A stretch of DNA of 64,000 nt from Candidatus Cloacimonadales bacterium (lineage in GTDB: Bacteria > Cloacimonadota > Cloacimonadia > Cloacimonadales > JAIOQZ01), in NCBI GenBank assembly GCA_963674825.1, contig OY771587.1:384001-448000 (forward strand), in the 5' to 3' direction. Positions within the stretch are counted from its first letter, which is position 1; the number at the start of each line of letters is the position of its first letter. The notes below the pieces were generated by a model, which worked only from the letters and a program-made list of their open reading frames with translations, did no database searches and had not been told where the DNA came from. Below are positions 20,901 to 30,006 of the stretch, one piece after another. The position numbers and the translations under genes were made by a program.

Positions 20901-21306
20901 CGGAACCGGTACTTTTATCAGCACCCTGGCTGGCCTGCTGGAGGATACGGTTTACTATGCGAGAGCCTATGCAATTAACGCTGCCGGCACCAGCTATGGC
21001 ACCCAGCTTATCTTCCATACGCTCTCACTCGGACCTCCCTCGGCTCCAGAAGATGTGCAACTTGCTATTACTGAAACCGGCATCTTCCTGACATGGAGCG
21101 AGGTAAGCGATGCAGATATGTACTACATTTATCGCGTTGACGACCCTTCAATCTCGGATTGGGGTGAACCAGTCGGAAACACATTGGGAACAAGCTGGCT
21201 TGATACTGCCCCAATGCGCGACGGAATGGCCTTCTATCGTATAACGGCCGTACATAATGCGAGACCGGTGATTCTTCAGAGCAGTGGTCAATCAGTTCGA
21301 GAGTAG
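17962..21306 (+). CDS. Large secreted multidomain protein (Ig-like/choice-of-anchor D, cleaved-adhesin/choice-of-anchor J, Fn3 domains)
   Basis: Signal peptide; ETFDGDFPPEGW...LITP...IYIAFR...LDDV; SNDP; GGIAVTSRGVCW...YYARAYAIN Fn3-like domain; terminal LTW...YYIYR...FYRITA. Confidence 0.8.
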   Translation: MRINRILLMMIILLWSFLFADVHITEGGVVGTGQQGQIHLKQNLRNDGQFVYTSSHIRFFGDGVSNVFGNSGLYVRRLVLDKASDGFLYLMEPVGVGDSLLLKSGTIDCPVGGRSAVSLQAESNNLKAAGSKENADLQAASSIDNAKKELQSTRSKKSFTRMIEPVFEFEAASRESALLPLNVTERDGSLTLADGATIRAFSGGLAQTPILNGNYNIIYEYSRTTNGELVSDMNALRAVTLDMSYGTITLDKDTWINQYLDLNTNYIDTGDFTLTMGPTAPVVGSPDNITGTIVGAPIYVGNSSYVNSTFLYYITSGSSIGNLYGLMFTEPETLGTTESINRLWYLDSDISPFSRNMQFGWTSSEDNGLDLTNVQLWNATNRNYWVAFGEPEDLSSSGTIRAIAAYGVSSLGWWTVGHPLFNVSTTAINLGSVEVGESAYSSITISNITESNQYGYVITPEWIEPNISTRTRDAARRERSDSRDEDDQNRAYAYYSIPPSSSIQVTLVSTPEVPGAFYEEILVRCNQTGHPTRVITVTGTAVMPDIVLSPTEFTASQATDEVTSQSLSIHNAGQMQLDYSVSIGSSSLSETFDGDFPPEGWTTQILQQSTAWTQSAEYGQNDSYSAVADWHYVYDSRLITPPVTIIGPTVLSYWVRSQDFPYYGGMLDVEVSTDGETWTSIDSYNQDTLTQQFTYKTLDLTAYGGSTIYIAFRAYENYWADGVFLDDVRVMNTSPPSWLTVNDSDSWESSIAAGGADHELTISFDSSGLADGTYSSDLVISSNDPFEPNITIPITLSVETPACQLSANDINFGTVILGESATRQFTISNPGHALLCGTMSTPAEYDLTLVSTRSSAHREDSVQFESLNDGTTRESMLFCIAAGSSKQYQITFTPSEIGDYEDVLTVEHNAPGTPNHIGLWATAITLPTVQTIAVGSISNNTAEVTGVVTASGGIAVTSRGVCWDTQEQPTLDDNYTVEGYGTGTFISTLAGLLEDTVYYARAYAINAAGTSYGTQLIFHTLSLGPPSAPEDVQLAITETGIFLTWSEVSDADMYYIYRVDDPSISDWGEPVGNTLGTSWLDTAPMRDGMAFYRITAVHNARPVILQSSGQSVRE

Positions 21307-23718
21307 CTCGATACGATAAAGAAGATTCTCGAAATCTCGGGGAGGATATGCACGCAGCGTGTCTTCCCCGATTTCTTTTTCAAGCTCGCTCAGCTTCGTT
21401 TCGATCTCGTAGTTGTCACGATAGCCTGGAAGCTGCGTGACCTTCGCATAGAAATACCATGCCGGAAGCTTCTGGTCAAACTTGAGATAGAGTTCTGCAA
21501 GCGTGCGATAAGTATCGATGTTGGCGGCTTTAGCTGGAAATTGACGGTAATATTCGAGCAGATTACGACGCGCCTTGCGGTAATCCTTCTCGCCATAACG
21601 TATTGCGTATCGCAAGAACAGCACGTCACTCACGAACCGGCTTGAATCACGAACCGCGATGCTGTCCAACGTTGAAATAGCATCATCGAAAGCGTGCATG
21701 TAGATCTGGTTCTTGGCAATTTGCATCATGATCGCGGTGGTATCGACGTGCGTTGTGTCGTCAAAGAAGCTGTAATAGATATCGTTCGCTTGGGCGTAGA
21801 GCTTGCGATGCTCATAAAGACCCGCTAGCGATCTCAGTAAAGTTCGATACAGGAAATCGTCCTCGGCAGCGCTCGCCAGTTCCGAATAGATCTCCGCAAC
21901 CTGCCGTACCTCCAGCTCAAGGGCGATTTTCTCCAGTAACAGCAGCGATTGATCGCGAAGTACTACTGGTTTTTCAGTCTCGAGTGAATCCGGGATTAAC
22001 AGCTCTTTTATCAGTTCGACCGCGCGATCGATCTCCTGATTCTCATGGCATGCAACAGCCTGGTAGTATCGAATGGAATCGGCGTCGCCAATCTCTTTTA
22101 CCAGGAGCGAATCGGCGAAGGTAATCAAGGCCGGATACTGCTTCTGTTCCATGTAATAGGCGATAAGATCGTAAGCAATCCGAGCTGAACGGGGATCGTC
22201 CGGGTATTGACGCACATAGTTCAGAAGAAATTCCTCGGTGTTTTCGTACTCACCCAAGTTATACTTGGCATATTCGCTTCGGTAGTGGACTTCCGGTGCG
22301 GTCTCTGTCTCGATCGCCGCATAGAGTTCATTTGCCTTCTCAAAGTTTCCGTTCTCGTAATAGTTATCGGCAAGAATCTGCATGTAGCGTCCGAACTCCT
22401 CCGGCTTGAGGTCGCTTTTAAAGCGGATTGCCTCCGATTCCAGCGTCTTGAAATAATCCAGCTCGACCAGGTTGTCCAGATATCTGATCAGGAAGATGTG
22501 ATCGAAGTTGTTCTCGTACTTACGGACGATATTCCGGTAGTACTTGCGTGCGATATCCGGATGCTTTGTGAACGTGTAGAGATCCGCGAGTTGGTAATTC
22601 GCCAGCGAATCCCAGTAGGCGGTTGTATCGAGGTTTTTCAGCCAGTAATAAGCCGTGCTATTGTACTTGTAATAGCCACGATAGGCCCAACCGATAGCGT
22701 AATTGCTGTAATATTCCGCATCGGGCCGCAATTCCTGGAATCGTTTCAGAGCTCCTACCGCTGATTCGTAGCGATGGAAGCGATAGTCGAGCTCACCCTT
22801 TGCAAGAGATGCCAGCGAGCTATGCTCAATATAACTCTCGCCGATACGACGCATGATCTCGTCGGCGGTGTAGTAATGCTTTTGGCTGATCGCCAGCATT
22901 GTACGGCAGAGATTGCTGCGATTGGTCTGAGGAAGAAAGAGCTCCAGATGCTCCGTTGCGTCGCTACGATTCTGCTCCATGAAGAAGAGGATATATCGGA
23001 TCAGCGCATCCTCAGAGAGCGTGTCGAGCTTCTCGGGAAATTGAGACACTTTGCCTGTTTCCATTGCTATCAGTGAAAGATAATCCGCCGCGATGGTGCT
23101 GACGGGGTGATCGCTTTCGGTTATAAGGCTGTCGAAAACAGCGCTGGCTTCGTCTTTATTGTCGAGGTAATAATCGGCAACCGCGCGAACAAGTCGCTCC
23201 TCGTCATACGAGAAGAGCCCATCCGGCATCATCTCAAGTAAACTGGCGATCTGATCGAAATTACCGTTGAGAAAGAGCGAGATGAAGATTTGCTTGAGCT
23301 CGACCATCTGTTTGAGAGTGCGAAGACGGTCGAATTCGCGAAAAGAGGCTTTGACCTCGTCCAACTTGTAATTAAGAATAAATGAGCTCTGCAGATACCA
23401 GTAGATGTAGCGTGGGAACCAAGTCTCCTGAAACGCCCGTGACTGCTGTTGCACCGTTTGGATATATTCCTGATAACGCCCCAACCTGTACAGGATATCG
23501 AGCCGCATGAGGATGTGATGAGGGTCGTCGCTCTCGCAGTTCCGGATCGTATCCCAGGCGGCGTTATAGTCCTGCTGCTGCACAAGCATTTCAGCCTTTT
23601 CATATCGCGCGTGCATCAGGTCTTCCAACGAGAGATCGGTTCGAAATCGATCGGCATCCGTCGCGAACAATGTCCCCATCAGGAATGCGATCATCAATAT
23701 CGAACCACGAGCGTTCAT
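21292..23718 (-). CDS. Exported tetratricopeptide-repeat protein
   Basis: Signal peptide; Tyr/Ala-rich helical TPR-like repeats. Confidence 0.75.
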   Translation of the reverse strand: MNARGSILMIAFLMGTLFATDADRFRTDLSLEDLMHARYEKAEMLVQQQDYNAAWDTIRNCESDDPHHILMRLDILYRLGRYQEYIQTVQQQSRAFQETWFPRYIYWYLQSSFILNYKLDEVKASFREFDRLRTLKQMVELKQIFISLFLNGNFDQIASLLEMMPDGLFSYDEERLVRAVADYYLDNKDEASAVFDSLITESDHPVSTIAADYLSLIAMETGKVSQFPEKLDTLSEDALIRYILFFMEQNRSDATEHLELFLPQTNRSNLCRTMLAISQKHYYTADEIMRRIGESYIEHSSLASLAKGELDYRFHRYESAVGALKRFQELRPDAEYYSNYAIGWAYRGYYKYNSTAYYWLKNLDTTAYWDSLANYQLADLYTFTKHPDIARKYYRNIVRKYENNFDHIFLIRYLDNLVELDYFKTLESEAIRFKSDLKPEEFGRYMQILADNYYENGNFEKANELYAAIETETAPEVHYRSEYAKYNLGEYENTEEFLLNYVRQYPDDPRSARIAYDLIAYYMEQKQYPALITFADSLLVKEIGDADSIRYYQAVACHENQEIDRAVELIKELLIPDSLETEKPVVLRDQSLLLLEKIALELEVRQVAEIYSELASAAEDDFLYRTLLRSLAGLYEHRKLYAQANDIYYSFFDDTTHVDTTAIMMQIAKNQIYMHAFDDAISTLDSIAVRDSSRFVSDVLFLRYAIRYGEKDYRKARRNLLEYYRQFPAKAANIDTYRTLAELYLKFDQKLPAWYFYAKVTQLPGYRDNYEIETKLSELEKEIGEDTLRAYPPRDFENLLYRIELLSN

Positions 23719-23719
23719 C

Positions 23720-24490
23720 TTAGCCTCCGATAGCCAGCAACGCCGCGCCGTAAGCGCCGGTCATCACCGGGTTTTCAGGTGTCTGGAACTTCCTTTCGAA
23801 TACGGTTTCAAGATAATGTCTAAGGCCTTCGCTGCGTGCCGTTCCGCCCGTGAAGACGAACTGCTCTGCCATTGGCAGGCCGGACGCCATGCCCCGGATA
23901 CGCCGCGCGATGGAGTCAAAGACACCTCTCGCGATCTCGCCTGGCTGCACACCACGAGCCAGCAGCCCGATTATCTCCGACTCAGCGAACACCACACAGG
24001 TGTTGTTTACCGGTACCGAGTCATCGACACTGAGCGCCAGCTTCGAGAGGTTTTCGACATCCGTCTCCAGAATGATGGAAGCGGTTTCGAGAAAGCGCCC
24101 TGTACCGGCAGCGCAACGATCGTTCATGGCGAAGTCGATCACGTTTCCGAATTCGTCCAGCGCAATGGCTTTTGAATCCTGTCCACCGATGTCGATGATG
24201 CCTCTTGCTTCCGGGATCAGCCATCGTACGCCTCGTGCGTGGCATCCGATCTCCGAAATCGCCTTCCCCTCGAACGCACTCTTGCGCCCATAGCCGGTTA
24301 CGTGAACCTTTTCAATATCCGTATCACGCAGACTGAGAGATATTAACGCCTTCTCATAGAGCATCTTCGCGCTTCTTGTATGCACAGCACCCGTATCGGT
24401 GTAATCCTCGAAAACAAATTGACTTGCCTCCGAATCGAACACCGCGATTTTCGTAGTGCGTGAACCCGAATCTATTCCAATACTAATCAT
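23720..24490 (-). CDS. 2-hydroxyacyl-CoA dehydratase activase (BadF/BadG/BcrA/BcrD ATPase)
   Basis: GIDSGSRTTK, TGYGR, IDIGGQDSK, MNDRCAAGTGRFLE, CVVFAESE, GAYGAA. Confidence 0.9.
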   Translation of the reverse strand: MISIGIDSGSRTTKIAVFDSEASQFVFEDYTDTGAVHTRSAKMLYEKALISLSLRDTDIEKVHVTGYGRKSAFEGKAISEIGCHARGVRWLIPEARGIIDIGGQDSKAIALDEFGNVIDFAMNDRCAAGTGRFLETASIILETDVENLSKLALSVDDSVPVNNTCVVFAESEIIGLLARGVQPGEIARGVFDSIARRIRGMASGLPMAEQFVFTGGTARSEGLRHYLETVFERKFQTPENPVMTGAYGAALLAIGG

Positions 24491-24493
24491 ATA

Positions 24494-27022
24494 TCAGGAA
24501 AGAATATAGGTGTAGAAGTTATCTTCCACAAAGTATTTTCGGGCAATCTCGCGGATATGATCCAGCGAGACATTCTCCAGCCGCTTTTCGCGGTCAAGGA
24601 AGTATTCGTAGCCCAATCCGAGCGATTCCAGCAGTGCAATGGTAGTCGCCTGATGCAGCACGCTTTCGTCATCCTGCAATCTACTGCCGCGTATCGCGTT
24701 ACGGGCCGTTTCCAGCTCTTGTTCGCTGATCGAATTGGTTTTGCATTTCTCCAGGATATTGTGAATCACATCGAGGCTTTCCTTTTCGCCATCGCGATTA
24801 ACCTGCGCCCAGACACGGAAGTAACCCAATGTCTCAAGTGCCTGGAAATCGAAGTCAACTGAATACGCCAGACCGCGCTTTTCTCGCAATTCGTTGTAAA
24901 GCCGTGAATTGAGATCGCCACCAAGTATCTGCGACAGCACGTAGAACGCGGTGTTCTGCTCCCGGTCGTCGTAGCGGCAGCCGAATCCACCAAGCTGGAT
25001 TATCGATTGATCCAGTCCGGTATCTTTCCGGCGATGGCGATTTTCCGATGGAGACACAAGCGCTTCCTGCGGCAGAGTTTCCTGTGGATCGTTCGGAAGA
25101 TGAGCCAAAGTCTTCTCGAGGTACTCAATCGTCTCATCGATGGGCATATCTCCGACGATGGATATCACCATTCTCGATGGGCTATAGTATGCCTGATACC
25201 ATTCGATGATCCGTTTTCGGGAGATCTCACGCAGATCTTTGATGCGGCCATAGCGGTGCAGCAGGTTGCTGTGACGTCCAAATGTCATCTCCTTCCAGAG
25301 CTTGCTCGAATACTGCTGCGGATAGTCCTTGATGCGGTTGAGCGAGCTGATGACCGTATTGCGGATATTGTGCAGATGGTCGTTCGGGAAGAGAGGTCCG
25401 GAAAGAACCTCGTGCAATAGATCTAGCGCAGTGAAGAGTTTATCCTCAAAGCATTTACAGCGGATTGTTGTTGTCTCGAGCTGATTTGATACGCCCAGAA
25501 CAATTCCCTGATCCGAGCAATATTGAAGCATCTGACGATAGTTACGTTTCTGGTTGCCGTGCATTAGCAGCGTGGATGCAAGCTGATTGATTCCGCGATT
25601 GCCTTCGCGCTCGTTAAGCTGTGATGAAGCAAGGCCAACGGCAATACCGATGGTTGGCTTACCGGTTACCTTCTTCAGGCATACTTTCATACCGCTGGAG
25701 AGTGTAGTGAACTCGCAATCTCCTTTTACCGATCGTTTTGACACGGTTTCGCGTTTGACCGGTGAAAAAATCTTCTGCGGCTTAAGCTGCTCTTTGCCCA
25801 TGTAGTAAACTTGTAGCACGTCGGGATAGAGGTACTTGCGAATCACGCGCCGGGTATCGGCTTCAGTGATACGTGAAAGAATCTCCGGTGTACGCACGAA
25901 TCCTTCCCAGCCGATGGTCAGCTCGTCGTTGCCCAGGCTCATGCCGAGTGATTCGGCGTACTCGCCCGTGTAGCGATGCTGATGCAGCGATTCGGTTTTA
26001 ATACGATCCAGTTCGTCGCTCTTCATGCCGAAGCGATAGAAATCTTCCATCTCTTCGCGAACGATCCCGATGATGCGATATAAATCACCGCCCTTCTTGG
26101 GATTGACCATCAAAATTGCCATGCCGTCATTGACACCACTGAACGAATGCAGCCGCATGCCGTCGATGAGCTTCTCTTTCTCGAAGAGACGCTGATAAAG
26201 ACGTGAGTTCTTTCCTTGGGCAAAGGCCTTGATCGCAAGATTGTAGGCGTTGAAATCCTCATTTGTATCCGAGAAATCCGGAATGCAGAATGCAAGGAAT
26301 CCATTGGCAAGCTTGCGTTTGTATTGCTTGAAGCCCGTCTTGACCGGCAGCGGATCCTGCGGAAGCGGATCATGCTGAACCTTAGCCGGCTTCCAGTCGT
26401 TGAAAAATTCGTTGATCATCCCCGTGAGCGCTTCCGGTTGAAGATCACCGCACGCGACCACATAGGCGTTGTTGGGTACGTACCAGTGATGGTGAAAACG
26501 TTTCAGATCGTCCGGCGTCGCCGCCAGGAGCGTCTTCTCATTTCCGATGATCGGGTTTCGGAGGGGATTGTCGGTGAAATAATCCATCGGAATCTGCTCG
26601 AGAAAGAATTCCTCCGGGTCGTTACGATATTGTTTGAGCTCTTCCAGAACCACTTTGCGCTCGAATTCGAACTCTTCGTCGTCGAACTGCGTGTGGCAGA
26701 CGAGCTGCGAGAGGAGATGAAGCCCTTCCCGGGTGTAGCGCGATGGAAGTGTGATGAAAAAGCAGGTCGAGTCGTACTCGGTGTAGGCATTCAGCGTTCC
26801 GCCGTAGAAGGCCGCCTTTTCCGAGATGGTGCCATCGGGGAAATCACGTGTCGATTTGAACACCAGGTGTTCGAGGAAATGCGAGAATCCCGCCTCTTCC
26901 GGCTTTTCCCAGCATGATCCGACCCGCACGAAGACCATCAAGCTGATCAGCGGGTTGGCGTGGGATTCGGACATGATCACTTTCAAGCCGGCCGGTGTGA
27001 CGTTGGTTTCGATATTGTACAT
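24494..27022 (-). CDS. M16 (pitrilysin-family) zinc peptidase, fused two-module form
   Basis: HFLEH zinc motif, NAYT, second module with SRLYNELREKRGLAY. Confidence 0.9.
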   Translation of the reverse strand: MYNIETNVTPAGLKVIMSESHANPLISLMVFVRVGSCWEKPEEAGFSHFLEHLVFKSTRDFPDGTISEKAAFYGGTLNAYTEYDSTCFFITLPSRYTREGLHLLSQLVCHTQFDDEEFEFERKVVLEELKQYRNDPEEFFLEQIPMDYFTDNPLRNPIIGNEKTLLAATPDDLKRFHHHWYVPNNAYVVACGDLQPEALTGMINEFFNDWKPAKVQHDPLPQDPLPVKTGFKQYKRKLANGFLAFCIPDFSDTNEDFNAYNLAIKAFAQGKNSRLYQRLFEKEKLIDGMRLHSFSGVNDGMAILMVNPKKGGDLYRIIGIVREEMEDFYRFGMKSDELDRIKTESLHQHRYTGEYAESLGMSLGNDELTIGWEGFVRTPEILSRITEADTRRVIRKYLYPDVLQVYYMGKEQLKPQKIFSPVKRETVSKRSVKGDCEFTTLSSGMKVCLKKVTGKPTIGIAVGLASSQLNEREGNRGINQLASTLLMHGNQKRNYRQMLQYCSDQGIVLGVSNQLETTTIRCKCFEDKLFTALDLLHEVLSGPLFPNDHLHNIRNTVISSLNRIKDYPQQYSSKLWKEMTFGRHSNLLHRYGRIKDLREISRKRIIEWYQAYYSPSRMVISIVGDMPIDETIEYLEKTLAHLPNDPQETLPQEALVSPSENRHRRKDTGLDQSIIQLGGFGCRYDDREQNTAFYVLSQILGGDLNSRLYNELREKRGLAYSVDFDFQALETLGYFRVWAQVNRDGEKESLDVIHNILEKCKTNSISEQELETARNAIRGSRLQDDESVLHQATTIALLESLGLGYEYFLDREKRLENVSLDHIREIARKYFVEDNFYTYILS

Positions 27023-27036
27023 TCGTTCTCCGGTTT

Positions 27037-27813
27037 CTATCGATGCCGCTCGATGCAGGCATATGCGTTGTGGTTGTGGATCGATTCCATATTCTCGGCC
27101 TCGATCCGAAAGCTTGTGATGCGCGTGTCGTTTTGCAGCTTCAGGGCCAGTTCGCGAATGACATCCTCCACGAAGCGTGGGTTGTCGTACGCCCTTTCGG
27201 TGACATACTTCTCATCGACGCGCTTGAGCAGCGAGTAAATCTCGCAACTTGCGGAGGCTTCAGCGTATTCGATCAGCTCTTCCAGCCAGATGAATTCATC
27301 GTAGCTGGCTTCGATACGAATCAGTGAACGCTGGTTGTGCGCACCGTATTCGCTGATTTCCTTGGAGCAGGGACACAGCGTTGTGACCGGCACCTCGACG
27401 CCAATACGTAGATCATAACCCTCTTTACAGGAAGCCTCGAATACGCAGTTGTAGGAGAGGATCGATTCGATACCGCTAACCGGTGCTTTCTTGCGGATGA
27501 AATATGGGAAGCGGATTCGCGTGAATGCCGCAGTGGCATTCAGAGAAGCTTTTATATCCTCGAGGAACGGCTCGAGATCGTGGATGAACGACTCCTCGTG
27601 ATAACGGTTCAACACCTCGATGAAGCGGCTCATATGAGTTCCGCGCTCGGTGTGCGGAAGCTGTACGTAGATGTCCAGGTCGGCGGTTGTGTGTTGGATT
27701 TCCTTGCTGCGATCCTCAACAACGATCGGATACTGGATGTTCTTTACGCCTACCTTGTCAATGGAGATATTGCGTCCGTCCTGTTGACTCTGTATGTCTA
27801 TTTTCACTTCCAT
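27037..27813 (-). CDS. folE2: GTP cyclohydrolase IB
   Basis: GTHMSRF, TTLCPCSKEIS, GAHNQR, NPRFVED, ESIHNHNA. Confidence 0.95.
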   Translation of the reverse strand: MEVKIDIQSQQDGRNISIDKVGVKNIQYPIVVEDRSKEIQHTTADLDIYVQLPHTERGTHMSRFIEVLNRYHEESFIHDLEPFLEDIKASLNATAAFTRIRFPYFIRKKAPVSGIESILSYNCVFEASCKEGYDLRIGVEVPVTTLCPCSKEISEYGAHNQRSLIRIEASYDEFIWLEELIEYAEASASCEIYSLLKRVDEKYVTERAYDNPRFVEDVIRELALKLQNDTRITSFRIEAENMESIHNHNAYACIERHR

Positions 27814-27833
27814 CTACAATCTTCCCATCTTTT

Positions 27834-28832
27834 TTAATTACTGTCATCCGATTCCAGGAAATCCTTTACACCCATGGTGCGCATAGAGATGATCTCGTCA
27901 CCTTCCTGGCTGTAAATAATTGCGTTTACGCCGGGGAACGATTTCGCCAGCTCGATTGCTTTCTCCGGTTTCAGTAGGAACATCGCCGTAGAGAGAGCGT
28001 CTGCCAGCGTAGCATTCGGCGCGATGACCGTCACCGATATTGTATTTTGTGCCGGGAAACCAGTCTTCGGGTTGATGATATGATGATATCGCACGCTGTC
28101 CTGCATGAAGAAACGCTCGTAGTCACCCGATGTTACCACTGCGCATTCCTCCAGGTTCAGCACTGCGATAATGCCATCCATCTCACGCGGATGGCGGATG
28201 CCGACCCGCATCTTCCCGGTATCACCGAAGTAGCGGATGTCACCACCTGCGTTGATGAAGCCTGAAAGTACACCTTTGGAAATCAGATATTCCACCGCAC
28301 GATCGATGATATAGCCCTTGGCGACACTGCCTAGATTGATCTTCATACCGACCGGCCTGGTTAGGTTCGTGCCGTCGAGCGAAAGCTTATCGAAGCCAAC
28401 ATGGCTCTGAGCATCTGCGATAGCGCTTGAATCGGGAACGATCTTTTTCTCGAAATCCCAGAGATCGCTCAGCACGCCAATGGAGAGATCGTACAGCGAA
28501 TCCGTTTTAGTGTATAAGGTCGCGCCAAGCGTCATCATCTCCTGTACATCCGGCGAAAGCAGGAACTGCGTGTCTTCTGAACTGTTCATTTCGACAATCT
28601 CGCTTCCATCTTTGAAATAGGAGAGTCGCTTCTCGTAATCGCGCATCAGGTTGAAGGTGCTGTCGATCAGCGCTTTCGCATTCTTGTCGGATGTCTTGAT
28701 GGAAACCTCAACAAACGTATCCAGAAGGATCTGCGAATCTTTGATCTCGTATGACCTGGTCATGAATCGCCACGCGGCGAAAACGATGATCGCGACCAGT
28801 AGCAGAAGCTGCAATAACTCTTTTCGTTTCAT
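27834..28832 (-). CDS. apbE: FAD:protein FMN transferase
   Basis: NLGSVAKGY, NAGGD, TSGDYER, YHHIINPKTG, ADALST. Start placed at ATG 28832 after GAGG. Confidence 0.9.
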   Translation of the reverse strand: MKRKELLQLLLLVAIIVFAAWRFMTRSYEIKDSQILLDTFVEVSIKTSDKNAKALIDSTFNLMRDYEKRLSYFKDGSEIVEMNSSEDTQFLLSPDVQEMMTLGATLYTKTDSLYDLSIGVLSDLWDFEKKIVPDSSAIADAQSHVGFDKLSLDGTNLTRPVGMKINLGSVAKGYIIDRAVEYLISKGVLSGFINAGGDIRYFGDTGKMRVGIRHPREMDGIIAVLNLEECAVVTSGDYERFFMQDSVRYHHIINPKTGFPAQNTISVTVIAPNATLADALSTAMFLLKPEKAIELAKSFPGVNAIIYSQEGDEIISMRTMGVKDFLESDDSN

Positions 28833-29082
28833 GTCGTTCCTCATTCTGTATTCAAGTAAATAATCAGTTAGTAAGAAAATTATACCCACCGCATTTGTCA
28901 ATCGTTTGTTGTCGGAATCGGTTCCACCATGGTATCCGTAACCCCTGAGTGTGGCATATAGTGACTCTTCTGAATGATGATGTCCCCTTAACCTTCATGT
29001 CATCAGCCGCTAATACAGCTTCTCACAAGAAAAACATGGACAGGATCAACCGCACTGAGAAGATTTTGTATTGAGGTAATTT

Positions 29083-29514
29083 ATGAGAAAAATATTCATA
29101 GCAATCATGCTTCTGGCTGGACTATTGTTGTGCGCTGAAGAGCCGCTGGAAGTCATGAAGAAAGTCGATAATGAACTGCAACAGATCGCGTTGCGATCAC
29201 AGAAAGCCAAATCTACACAGGATGTATTAACCCTGATGAAAGATCTGACAAAGCAGATGTCCACCTATGCTTACGCAACCATGGACCTACAGAAGCAGAT
29301 CAGGGAAACCAATACCTTACCGGATTCGCTCGACACTATGATGATGCACTTTGCCAGTAACATGCAGCGCAGCATGGCCGCTACCGAACAGGCCGTACGC
29401 CAGTTTGAGAACAACGAAAAGGTCAAACTTGCCCTCGACGAATACCGGCTGGAGATGAAAAGACTCAGCCAGATGATGATGGACACTACTGAAGAAAATG
29501 ACTCCCAGGAGTAA
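29083..29514 (+). CDS. Small exported helical protein (paralog 1)
   Basis: GAGG RBS, signal peptide, Met-rich helical sequence. Confidence 0.75.
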   Translation: MRKIFIAIMLLAGLLLCAEEPLEVMKKVDNELQQIALRSQKAKSTQDVLTLMKDLTKQMSTYAYATMDLQKQIRETNTLPDSLDTMMMHFASNMQRSMAATEQAVRQFENNEKVKLALDEYRLEMKRLSQMMMDTTEENDSQE

Positions 29515-29523
29515 AATACCAAT

Positions 29524-29913
29524 ATGAAAAAGCTTACGATCCTGATACTCTTCATTGCCACCGTGATGTCACTTGTTGCGACCGATACACCGGACACCGT
29601 TATAATCAACGCTGCTGATCGGCTCAAAGACCTCGCGATCCAATCCAAAGCCATCCAGAAACCGGAACAGGCCGCTACGCTGCTCGAGAATCTTCACAAG
29701 GAAATCGTTCTTGTCATCGGTGCCAATCAGCAGATGATCGATAATAAAGTCGAGTTGGACGAAGCCCGTCAGAACGAGCTCGCAGATGCATTATCGGACA
29801 TCTTCGATAGCGTTGAAGTGATCACAATCACAGCTACGCAGTTCAAAGAGGACGCCGCGGTCAGAAAAGCGTTGGAAGATTTCGAAGCTGAACTGGAAAA
29901 ATTCAAACAATAG
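29524..29913 (+). CDS. Small exported helical protein (paralog 2)
   Basis: AGGAG RBS, signal peptide, aligns by eye with the upstream ORF. Confidence 0.75.
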   Translation: MKKLTILILFIATVMSLVATDTPDTVIINAADRLKDLAIQSKAIQKPEQAATLLENLHKEIVLVIGANQQMIDNKVELDEARQNELADALSDIFDSVEVITITATQFKEDAAVRKALEDFEAELEKFKQ

Positions 29914-30006
29914 CAGTTCAGGCCGTTTCGTTCTTCAAAACCCGGAGAAATCCTTGACACATCTGCTTATCGGCAGGTTTTTACATCGTATTTTCAGGGA
30001 GAAGCT

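Noticed and set aside
28900..29082. Possible regulatory RNA between apbE and the paralog pair
   Set aside because: Only short scattered inverted repeats are present, with no recognisable motif.
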